From NCBI RefSeq assembly GCF_963676685.1, contig NC_092350.1:6696001-6760000 (forward strand): a stretch of DNA of 64,000 bases, in the 5' to 3' direction. Positions 1 through 10,537 of the stretch are shown here, piece after piece. Below the pieces are notes generated by a model that ran no database searches, was not told the DNA's origin, and saw only the letters and a program-made list of their open reading frames with translations. Both the position numbers and the translations under genes were made by a program. How positions within the stretch are numbered: the first letter of the stretch is position 1; each line of letters begins with the position of its first letter. The DNA comes from Mytilus edulis. Taxonomy: Eukaryota.

Positions 1-1765
1 TTGTTTTTATTTGTTAATTAATTTCCAAATATGCCATTTCATTTTCTAAATCGCTTTCAGAGCAAAACTGATTTGTCGTTCAGTTTTTGTGTTTGAATTA
101 CTCGATCTTGGTATGGTAATTTTGGAATTGAAATTAACTGTAGAAACTTATGTAATTTGAATAAAAGAAAAAAAGAAAAAGTTCGATGAAATGATTGCTC
201 TGTAATTACGATTCAAAGTCAAAACGTCTCTGTTTTCCCAATTATATGAGTTATCTCTATCATTATCTTACGCTTGGTGATTTTGTCTTTTGATTGAAAT
301 TTATCTTATCTGAAATAGAATAACGTCATTAAGAAAATTACCCCCTTCACCAATTTCCTTGTAATATGAGACAACCATAGTCTGTATTCTTTCTTTTATT
401 GAAAATCGATTCGTATAATTGCATCTAATAAATGCTGATGTTCGTATTTAAGGTAGAGAACAAAGAACCTAATGATTTCGTATACAATAAATCATTGTTC
501 TTTTTTTAACTATCTGAAAATAGTAAGAGAAACGTCACTTTAATAGGTAAGAAATGATAAACTGACTATCTTCCCTAAACGTCAATTCGTAAAAAAGAAA
601 GTGTAAAAAATGTATGACAAAACACTATTTGCATGTTTGTGTCTCACCTATTTGTCCACCATATGCATTGTATGGCAATACTGTAATGATTGCAAACACA
701 TCCTCATTGAAAAATGTTGTCGTCATTCACATTGATTTCAGTCTTCGCTTAACCACAGTTGAGCTATATTTGCTTACATCTACTTAAACTTGTATATGAT
801 TGATATTATTTTTCTCATTGAAAATAATTTCAAATGTATTTATTGATAAGTTAATTTTGTTTAACGTTAAATAATTTCAAGACTTTACCTTCATCAGGAA
901 CGCTCAAAGCCATACATTTGAAATCCGAGGATGTATAAGTACTGAAACCGTTGAAGAGCTTTATGACAAAAATACCTAAAATGATAGCCAAAATCACCAG
1001 TGTGTTTGTTACCTTGATTTGTTTTCTTCGATTAAGAAATGTAACAATGTCTTAAATTTGGTTTGTTCACTGATCATTGTCAAAATCATAAAATTATAAA
1101 CGACTGCCATTCAAGTGAGCGATTTATCTAGTTATTAAACCAGGTTAAGTCCACCATTTCTACATATTAAAATGCATGTACAAAGTTAGGAATATGACAG
1201 TTGTTGTCCATTCGTTTGATGTGTTTGAACTATTGATTTTGCCATTTGATTAGGGACTTTCAGTTTTTAAATTTAACGTTGAGTTCAGTATTTTTTCTGA
1301 TTTTAATTACTAATTAATGTTATCATAATCCAAATGGTATATACTTACATGCTATTCATTTACAATACATTTTCAGTTTAAATAAAGGCAACAGTAGGAT
1401 ACTGCTGTTCGAAATTCATATATAAATTGAAAAGAAAACAAATCCGGGTTACAAACTAAAACTAAGAGAAACACATGAAATATAAGAGGAAAACCACGAC
1501 ACAACAGAAACACAACACTAAACTGCAACACACAGACACGAACTATATTTTAACAATGTCTTCATGTAGTTGCTTTGAAAAGTCGACGTACTCGTTTTGT
1601 TTGGGGTAAATGCAATAAACAAAGGGTTTGTTTTCTAGTAAGCTTTTGAATTAAAAAAAAGTACAGATTTATCAATTTTACATAACTTGAATTATTGTAT
1701 GCTGGTTCATATTCTGGACGCCAGTCTTTGCTCTTTTATTATATTATTCACTAACAAAAACAATT

Positions 1766-4605
1766 ATGAAGCTAAGAAATGGAAAAATATTAAATACTAA
1801 ACTTGTTCAAAGGGTATCTACACGTCTCAATCTTCAAAATCGGTTATCTAAAAATACTACCATCGCTAACATTTTTAACAATAAAAATCGTGGTTACCCT
1901 TCTATCGCTAAGTGTCATGCCACAAAATGACTTACATGTCCCCATCTTTCCACCAACAATACTATAAGGTCCACGTTTAATGGTCGCACATTTTCTTTGA
2001 ATTTTGAAACTGATATAACTTGAAAAACAAACAGTATTATTTATTTACTCACATGAAACAAACCGGGATGTGGTATTCAGTACGTAGGAGAAACTGGACG
2101 ATATTTATCTAAACGCACTCAAGAACATCTGTATCGTTTTAAAAGACCCAATACATTCAAAAGTATCATTTACCAACACCTAAAGAAGCACAACCATCCT
2201 TTTAAATATTTAGCAGTTCAACCTTTAGAAGTAGTAAATAAGCAGCCTGGTGAATCTCATTCAAAGTTTGTACGATCACGAAAAATAATTGAATTAAATT
2301 GGATTAAAAAATTACAGACAGTCTACCCTCTCGGTCTTAATGATAATATCATGGGAATTGGTAATATATCTAGAACCGATTCCGTTAACATTTTGGATAT
2401 AGTTTCTAAAACTGTTCGTAAAAACCGTTCTCACGGTCGTAGAACAAATCGTAATCAAAGAAAATTTCGGACCAATAATACCAATATTTCGGACCTAATT
2501 TCTATTTCAAAAAACAACGGCAGACATTATCTGTTAACAAAACTCTGTTCATTACCGGTTAATAAGTTAAATAAAATTTGGAGGATTGCAACACAATTTC
2601 ATATAGCAGTCCTAAGTATGATACTGTTCAAATTATTATGGCATATTGTTATTTTAAACTATTTTCCAAAATTGATCGCCCTGAAGATCATAAAAAACAT
2701 TTTATTAAAATAAATTATGTCAATAAAGGTTTTGATTTTGTAAATATTGCCGGTGTATTTAACGACCATTTTGTTAAAGAACACATTGCTGGATATTTTG
2801 ACAATACTGAGCTACCTCTTATTTGTTACATTTACAAGAAATCTACCCGGAAATTTGTGTTTAATTATAGTCAATTGTGTAAATGTTAATATCAGTATAA
2901 ATACACCTACTTCATGTAATTGTAGTACCTCCGAATATATTTATGGACCCCCCATGTTATAACAGGAGATCTTAACATCGTTAAAGTGAGAGTTAAAATC
3001 AAATCTCAGTAAAGGACCTTAATATCGTCCCCCGTCAACTATTAATTGGAATGAGTGTTCTAATAGCATCCACGACTCACTCCATACTTACTGTATGAAA
3101 TGGATAAAACGGGAAAAAGCTGACAAAAATCTTTGGACTCTTTTTTTAATTCATGAAGTGAAGATAGTTGATATACGTATTCAACATTTTACTATTAACA
3201 ATAACCACAATAAACCTAATTCTCGTATCAAACATAAACTAAATGAACTAGCCAAGAAATTTGTTTTTGTCTCGGCCGATAAAGCTGCTAATAATATTAT
3301 TATTGTTTGACGTAAATTTTACATTGAGGTTCTGAAAAAAAAAATCACCAATTCACCAACATTCCAACTGACTTCATTTTCAGAAAACGACATCTGTAAC
3401 AAACATAAACTTTTAGCTACTGCTTTACAAGCAGAGCAAAATACAATGAAAGTCCCAACTATGTATTGGCTTCCGAAGCTACACAAAAGACCTTACAAAT
3501 ATAGATTTATTTTGTCTTCAAGCCATTGTTCCACTACTAAATTGTCTATTCTTCTTACCAGCACACTTGGTACCATTAAAAACCTGATAATAAATTGTTC
3601 AAATAAGGCCTTCGAAAATAGTGGAATTAATTACTTTTGGAGTGTCAAGAACTCGTTGGAAGTACTTGATAAATTGCATGCTTATATTGGTGATTTTGAA
3701 TCTGTTCAAAGTTTTGATTTTTCTACCCTGTATACCACATTGTCTCACATTCTCATAAAGAAAAAATTCACACACCTAATTAAATGGGCATTTAAAAAAT
3801 CAGAATGTGAATATATATGTTCAAACTCTTTTAGGTCATTTTTTAGTAGCAATAAACAAAAAAACTATGTCAATTGGACATGCTTTGATACTATATATGC
3901 CCTTGAATTTTTACTAGATAACACTTTTGTTCGCTTTGGGGATTCCGTATATCGTCAGATTATCGGAATTCCAACGGGGACTAACTGTGCACCACTTATT
4001 GCGGACCTGTTTTTGTCTTGCTATGAGTTACAATTTATGACAAAAATAAGCAAAGACCCATCGAAACAACATCTAATCAACAAATTTAATAATACTTTTA
4101 GATATTGGGATGATATTTTGGCTCTCAATAATGACGACTTCAGTATGTATAATAAAGAAATTTATCCTGTTGAACTTATTTTAAATAAAGCTAATAATAA
4201 CAATGACCACTGCCCTTTCCTCGATCTTGATATCTATATCACTAACGGAAAGCTGAATACTAAAAGTTATGATAAAAGAGATGATTTTTCATTTCCTATC
4301 GTTAATTATCAATTTTTAGATGTTGACGTTCCCTTGTCACCATCTTACGGTGTTTATATATCTCAACTTGTACGATTCGCTCGTGTATGTAACAATGTTT
4401 TAGATTTTAACGAGAGAAATTTATGTATTACTGAAAAATTATTACACTAGGGTTTTCGATATCACAAACTAGTCAAAACATTTACTAAATTTTATCATCG
4501 GTATAAGGACATCATTCGTAAATATAGCTCAACATGCAGACTTCTTTTACGTTCAAGTATTTCACATCCAATTTTTTATGGAAATATTCTTTATAAAGCA
4601 CAAAG
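1766..4605 (+). mobile_element. Naiad-type Penelope-like retroelement (Zn-knuckle + GIY-YIG endonuclease upstream of RT), decayed copy, putative selenoprotein ORF
   Basis: The frame from ATG 1766 reads KCHATK*LTCPHL...DIT*KTNSIIYLLT*NKPGCGIQYVGETGRYLSKRTQEH...ELNWIKKLQTVYPLGLND (GIY-YIG). PLE RT motifs follow: ADKAANN, YWLPKLHK, SFDFSTLYT, QIIGIPTGTNCAPLIADL, RYWDD, CPFLDL, YGVYISQLVRFAR. Frameshifts at ~2580-3090 and TAG at 4448. The 3' end is replaced by another repeat at ~4605. Confidence 0.93.
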
Positions 4606-4731
4606 GACGCCTCCGGGTGCGGAAATTTTTCGCTACTTTGAAAACCTGTTAGTGACCTTCTGCTGTTGTTTTTTTCTATGGTCAGGTTGTTGTCTCTTTG
4701 GCACATTCCCCATTTCCATTCTCAATTTTAT
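4605..4731 (+). repeat. Interspersed repeat 3' end (GGACGCCTCCGGGTGCGG...CATTCCCCATTTCCATTCTCAATTTTAT family)
   Basis: A longer second copy lies at ~63470-63685. Confidence 0.8.
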
Positions 4732-7700
4732 CATGTGTTGATGCAATGTTAAAAATTAGTTTATATCATGCTACATTTCATGTTGAAATATGTTAATGAA
4801 AATACTGATTATGTAATTTTTTAATAATACAGCTTGTACAAATAGTCTGATGTTGCATGGTTCTACATCGAATACTCTCTTTTGTTTAAATAGAAAGAAA
4901 ACTATTTACTACACACTGAAAGATTATTGAGAAAAAAGCACTTATAATCTGTGTTCCGTATATGCAAAAACGTTTGGTCACCGTACAAGTTATTTTTTGC
5001 TACAAAACATCTACATAGACCGCATATTCCTGTATGAATAAGACTACGTATATGAATAATTCACCCTTATATCGCTAAGTTAAAAACTATGAAATAAACA
5101 AAGTTTGTGTTTACTCCAAACAAAGTCGTTGTAATAATGTAAATTTCATAGTTTTCATCATTAAGATGAAAAGTCTTACAAATAAATTACATTGCCGTCT
5201 CCAGTTTTGTACTTTTATCAATATTTAAATCGATGATTTACTGCTATTTCAGAATCTAAGACTGCGAAGTACCCTATTTGTCCTTAATCCATTATTATCA
5301 CATGGATAAACAGCGGTAAGAAAATGTAATCAGACTTCATAGTAATACAACATGGAAATATTGACCAATTCAAAGTTCAATGTGATATACAACCTGTCAT
5401 ATAGGGTATATACATGTATCTGCCAGTAAAGTTTTTTTTATTTTAGTTTACTTCTCTTTTTAGAAAGAAAGGGGTTTATGGGGTTCTTGATTGAATTTTG
5501 TCTATTTACCATTTAATTAAATTCATGATATAATACGAGATATGTCAATCGGCTACTACATCCAAAACGTAAGATTACAAAATACTGAACTCCAAGTAAA
5601 ATTCACAGCGGAAAGTCATTTGTTCAATGGAAATGTATGCCTCAAACACATCAAACGAATGATAAACAACTGTCTTACTTCTGACTTGGTACAGGTATTT
5701 CCTTATGTAAAAACTGGTGAGTTGAATGTTCAATCAGCTAATGTAGAAAGCTTTGCAGCAAAAACCATCTAAATGTCATCTTTAAATAGAGAGCCGTTAG
5801 ATATTTACTTTAACCTGAAACTCTGTCAAAACCGGTGGGAGTAATTATCATTTTAAAAAAAAGAGAATTATAATTTATTTCAGTTTTTGTCAATTTGAAT
5901 TACAAAAGGTACATGATTTGGTATGTTAAGTATAAGTTGCAGAGATGTCAAGTAAAAACCCTGATTATTTCATTAGTTATTGTCTGTTGTCCCCATCTTT
6001 CAATCTATTCTATTTCGATTGACAATGACTGTAAACCATTGAGGTGTTTAATCTGGAAATTCATTATAATTATCTGTATGATAGAACTTCAGTTAATGAC
6101 ACTCCGTCTAGTCCATTCATTAGTTGTTTGTCATTGACATCTGAAATGTAATACTGGTATACATGTACGATTAGTTTCGTATGAATAACTAGTTACAAAA
6201 CATTAGGTTTCCGTTAAAAGTTCATATGTGCTGATTTGCAAATAAACTCATCATAGATACCAGGACTAACTTTAGTATATACACCAGACGCGCGTTCTGT
6301 CAAATTGTTCCTTTTAAAATTGTTATACGATAAATTCTATATATAACTTTTGAACTATTTTCAATCTCGGTCTATTTCTGAAATTTATTTTTACATAATT
6401 TTGATGTTTTAATCCTATATGCTAACATTGCCTATAATTTTTTTTTAAATTGTTTGTATGCACATTAAACAACAAATCTATGTAACGTATCTATGTAAAG
6501 TATAAAATTTTCAAACGTCAAACACACAAATCAATGAATGTGTTTGTAGATAGATGTTTTTGTGTTCTGTAAAATTGTTCCTTTTAAAATTGTTATACGA
6601 TGATGACTGATGTACCCATATTTTGACTGTTTTATTTATTGTGTCTGTTTAGTCAAAGCATCAATATAAATATAACGGAATTTGATGAGACTGTCAATAA
6701 AGTGAGAGGGTTAGCGCTATAAAACCAGGTTTAATCCACCATTTTCTACACTTGAAAATACCTGTACCACGTCAGGAATATGACAGTTCTTGTCCATTCG
6801 TTTTTGATGCGTTTTGTTATTTGATTTTGCCATGTGATTATAGACTTTCCGAAGTGATTTTCCTCTAAGTTCAGTATTTTTGTGATTTTACTTTTTACGA
6901 GAATTGGAACATATACATGCATGTCGTCATGTGTTAAATAGACATTTCATAAAGGGCAACGAACTCGTAATGGTGTTCCTTTAATTTTCGAAGGGTAGAC
7001 ATTAACATTTAAAAATTAAAAGTACAAAAAACTAAATTACAAGGTAAACTCGAAAAGGGGAAGTGCATAAAGCTGACAGAATCAAACGCTATCAATCAAC
7101 GTATGAAATGACGAACAATTAATCGCCATATTCCTGACTTAGTAATTGCTGGATTATAACTGGTTTTATAGCTAGTTTAATTTTCCACTTGGTATTGCAG
7201 TTGTTTAAAGTTCCGATATATTTACTAAATGAGGTATGAAATCCAAACATACATAATAGATTGTTTCACACTAGTCGTTTTGGGACCCTTTATAGCTAGT
7301 TGTTCGGTGTAAGCTAAGGCTCCGTGTTAAAGCCGTACTTTGACCAAAAATGTTCACGATTTTTACATTGTGACTGATGCCACATCTTCCTATATATAAT
7401 GTGACAATAATAGGGACACAACAATCAAACGTGTGTACCCATACAACACGGATATACAATACAACTGACAAAAAATTCAAATAAACAAGCAAATTAATCA
7501 AAAACAAACAACAAAAAATTGTAGGTCTTGGCAAATTGCAATGAACTTTTTGAGAAAATAAACGAGTCGTCCTGTGAAAAAACCAAGGCTTGTTAATTTT
7601 TTGCTAAGAACCAATGACGTATTACTAAGTCTTAGTAGCAGCTGAAGGCTATTTAATACCGTTCGAGGACGGAAAAATTCTAAAATTGTGATCTTTTTGT

Positions 7701-8224
7701 TTGTCATCGATTATGGTACTGAGAAGACCTTTGTTTGCAAATTTGAGAAAAATGTCTAGAAAAACGGTTGAGGAAGCAGAGTTTGTTGTTTCTTTAATAG
7801 AGTTCAGAGGGATATATTAATGGGAACCAGTCAGATGCGGTCTAGTTTATTAATAAAAAAAAGAGCATTATCAATATACCTGTAAATGAAATCGAATAAT
7901 ATACCTTATTTAACCTTCTTGTTTACATGTTTATGAAAAAAGAGACAGGACAACAAAGAAGGGTGGATAAGTTTTCCCATAGAAAATTTCAACAAATATG
8001 TATTTCAACAAATATGTATTTGGTTTTGATGTTATATTTGTTATTCTCGTGGGATTTTGTGTGAAGCTTGGTCCGTTTCTAAATGTGTTACATTGTAGTG
8101 TTGTGTCGTTGTTCTCATCTTATTTTTAATGCGTTTCCCTCAGTTTTAGTTTGTTATCCCGATTTTGTTTTTTGTCCATGGATTTATTAGTTTGAACAGC
8201 GGTATACTACTGTTGCCTTTATTT

Positions 8225-9231
8225 GCCAATGAAAACTTGATTTTTATCTCTGTAGAAGTCGCTCCTCGCTATCCTACTGCCTGTCGATACATTGATTTTT
8301 GGCATTGCACAAGTCATGTCTTCTCTGACTGTTCATGACGTTAAAATGCTAATTCCCTGGGATGTGTTTTAGTTGATTTTAGTCTCTGATGCATGATTTT
8401 TTTATTATTAATTGGTTTTGGCTTTTAACTAGCTGTCAGTAACTGCGAGTACTCTCAAATCGTATTTTCCTGTTAATTTGACCTGTTGATACTGTTTATA
8501 ATGCCTTTTTGTTATTTTATATTAATATGGAACTTGTCTATATACCAGCCTTGACTATTTGGAATATCTTCTAATTTTCACTTACTACATTTGTATAAAC
8601 TTCGAGATTTACCTGTATTATTAAAACCGGTTTTTTTTTTCAAATGTGATAATTTTTGTAGGGTTAAATGTTTTGCAGTGGTGTCTTGACATGGTTTTGT
8701 TTGGACTTATTTGTTTGCTTTTTGGCCATGAATGTTTATCCCTAATATTTTATTAACTGTGCATTTACGTTCAGATATCGCAGATAAAATTTATTCGTTC
8801 ATAGCGTATAAATTTACGTTTTTTGATTGAGTTAAGCCTGCCAGTTGATATTTTATCGTATGTTTTTCTATGTTGTGATGTTATGCTATTGTTTCAGAAA
8901 AAGGGAGAAGGTTTGGTACCATTAAAACGTTTAATCCCGCTGCAAATATTTGCACCTGTCCTAAGTCAGGAATCTGATGTACAGTAATTGTCGTTTGTTT
9001 ATGTAATTTATACGTGTTTCTCGTTTTTTTTATATAGATTAGACGGTTGGTTTTCTCGTTTGAATGGTTTTACACTAGTAATTTTGGGGCCCTTTATAGC
9101 TTGTTGTTCGGTGTGAGCCAAGGCTCCGTGTTGAAGACCGTACATTGACCTATAATGGTTTACTTTTTTTAAATTGTTATTTGGATGGAGAGTTGTCTCA
9201 TTGGCACTCACACCACATCTTCCTATATCTA
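8225..9231 (+). mobile_element. 5'-truncated Penelope-type 3' fragment (3'UTR/pLTR) carrying the SECIS
   Basis: Absent from the paralogous duplicated unit near 31.0 kb. It ends in ...GGCACTCACACCACATCTTCCTATATCTAT, as do shorter copies at 10260-10537, 43838-44121, 7270-7397 and 39095-39209. A shared 3' end with variable 5' ends is a retrotransposition pattern. Assignment to the Naiad family is inference. Confidence 0.6.
8313..8397 (+). promoter_or_regulatory. SECIS element (eukaryotic type II selenocysteine insertion sequence)
   Basis: Folded by hand: AUGA 8335-8338; 10-bp helix II (8340-8349 with 8364-8373, several G-U pairs); unpaired AA 8351-8352; apical mini-stem UCC/GGA; 3' GA 8375-8376; helix I GACUG/UAGUC; outer UCAUG/CAUGA stem. 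Confidence 0.75.
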
Positions 9232-10259
9232 TTGTTCGTCGGTTATGCTTTTTTTGTCCTTCATGTTTAACAACATATGAAAAATGATATTCCATAATAA
9301 GTTTGACGATGGACAGCACAGGGGATTATTTCTTTAAGACGGGTTTTAATTTTTCATGCTGTATGTTGGTGCAAAAGGTTGAAAAACAAAGGTTTACCCA
9401 GATGTATATCTTTGAAAAATTCTCTTGAGTTCTTAAATGTCAATATATGGGTAATCCTAGGCGAGTAAACAGTGTCACAGTCTTTTAGCAATCGACCTTT
9501 CACTACATTTTGATTTTATAGCGGATTCCTATGTAGAACATGCAGATGAGCCGGCAATGTTACTGCTGTTTGTCGAAGCTAGATTTGGTATTCAATACAA
9601 ACAAGATCATCTATTATATTATTTGTTCATTGAATATTCAATTCGGCCATGAAAAAAAATGTAGTTTTGTGGAACTAATCTTTATCAAAGATAACGCTTT
9701 TGTACATATGATTACCCGCGTGTCCTTTTTTCAGAATCCCTTGACAAGAAACTCTTATCAAACAGCTTTCGTGCAAACAGCAATTGTTTATTCATGAAAA
9801 ATATGAAAGGTAAAACTAATTTCGTATCAAAATAATTATTCGACCTTCAGATCTCATTTTGTTTCCTTTCTATTCAATCCAAAAACACAAATATACCCTT
9901 CAGATGTAACAATTGCTACCTTTACGGCATTACATCTTCTTGATAAGAATTGAAGAGTGAAGGAGAAGCATGCTGTTATATTTTGTCAGTTTGGTATCAT
10001 ACCACTGGGTTTTGAAATGTTATAATGATTTCCATTGACGACAATCAGCTGCTAATGTCGTATGTTGTTTAATCGTTGACATATTTCGTCGGAAAGGCTT
10101 CAGGTAAAGTATTAAGTAAACTTTTAATTAATCAGATGAAATCTCTCTCTAATTAGATCTCTAGTAAAAAGTGTGGAAGTGTTGTTTTAATGTATAAAGT
10201 AAAATAACACAAACATCGAGCTCAACGGAAAATTAGAAAATAAAATTATCTTATTAAAA

Positions 10260-10537
10260 GGAATCTGATGTCCAGTAGTTGTCGTTTGTTTATGTAATTT
10301 ATACGTGTTTCTCGTTTCTCGTTTTTTTATATAGATTAGACCGTTGGTTTTCCCGTTTGAATGGTTTTACACTAGTAATTTTGAAGCCCTTAATAGCTTG
10401 TTGTTCGGTGTGAGCCAAGGCTCCGTGTTGAAGGCCGTACATTGACCTATAATGGTTTACTTTTTTTTTTTTTTTTTATTGTTATTTGAACGGAGAATTG
10501 TCGCATTGGCACTCACACCACATCTTCCTATATTTAT
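10260..10537 (+). repeat. Short copy of the same 3'-end repeat family
   Basis: Near-identical to 8969-9231. The empty site is visible in the paralog at ~31910 (TTATTAAAA...AAAATCAAAAGCTC). Confidence 0.85.

Noticed and set aside
5895-6137. Plus-strand Cys-containing ORF (also 26828-27028) as a secreted peptide
   Set aside because: Both copies are called from TTG starts, the second lacks an upstream ATG, and no family motif is recognisable.
6076-6145. Possible C/D box snoRNA or pre-miRNA in the conserved block
   Set aside because: Box C is non-canonical (ATGATAG), there is no terminal stem and no long clean hairpin.
7987-8021. 16-bp direct duplication TTTCAACAAATATGTA
   Set aside because: Simple local slippage or insertion scar with no further structure.
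9905-10105. Plus-strand AG...GT exon conserved in both A units
   Set aside because: Stops in all frames and a frame-breaking indel between copies; no coding support.
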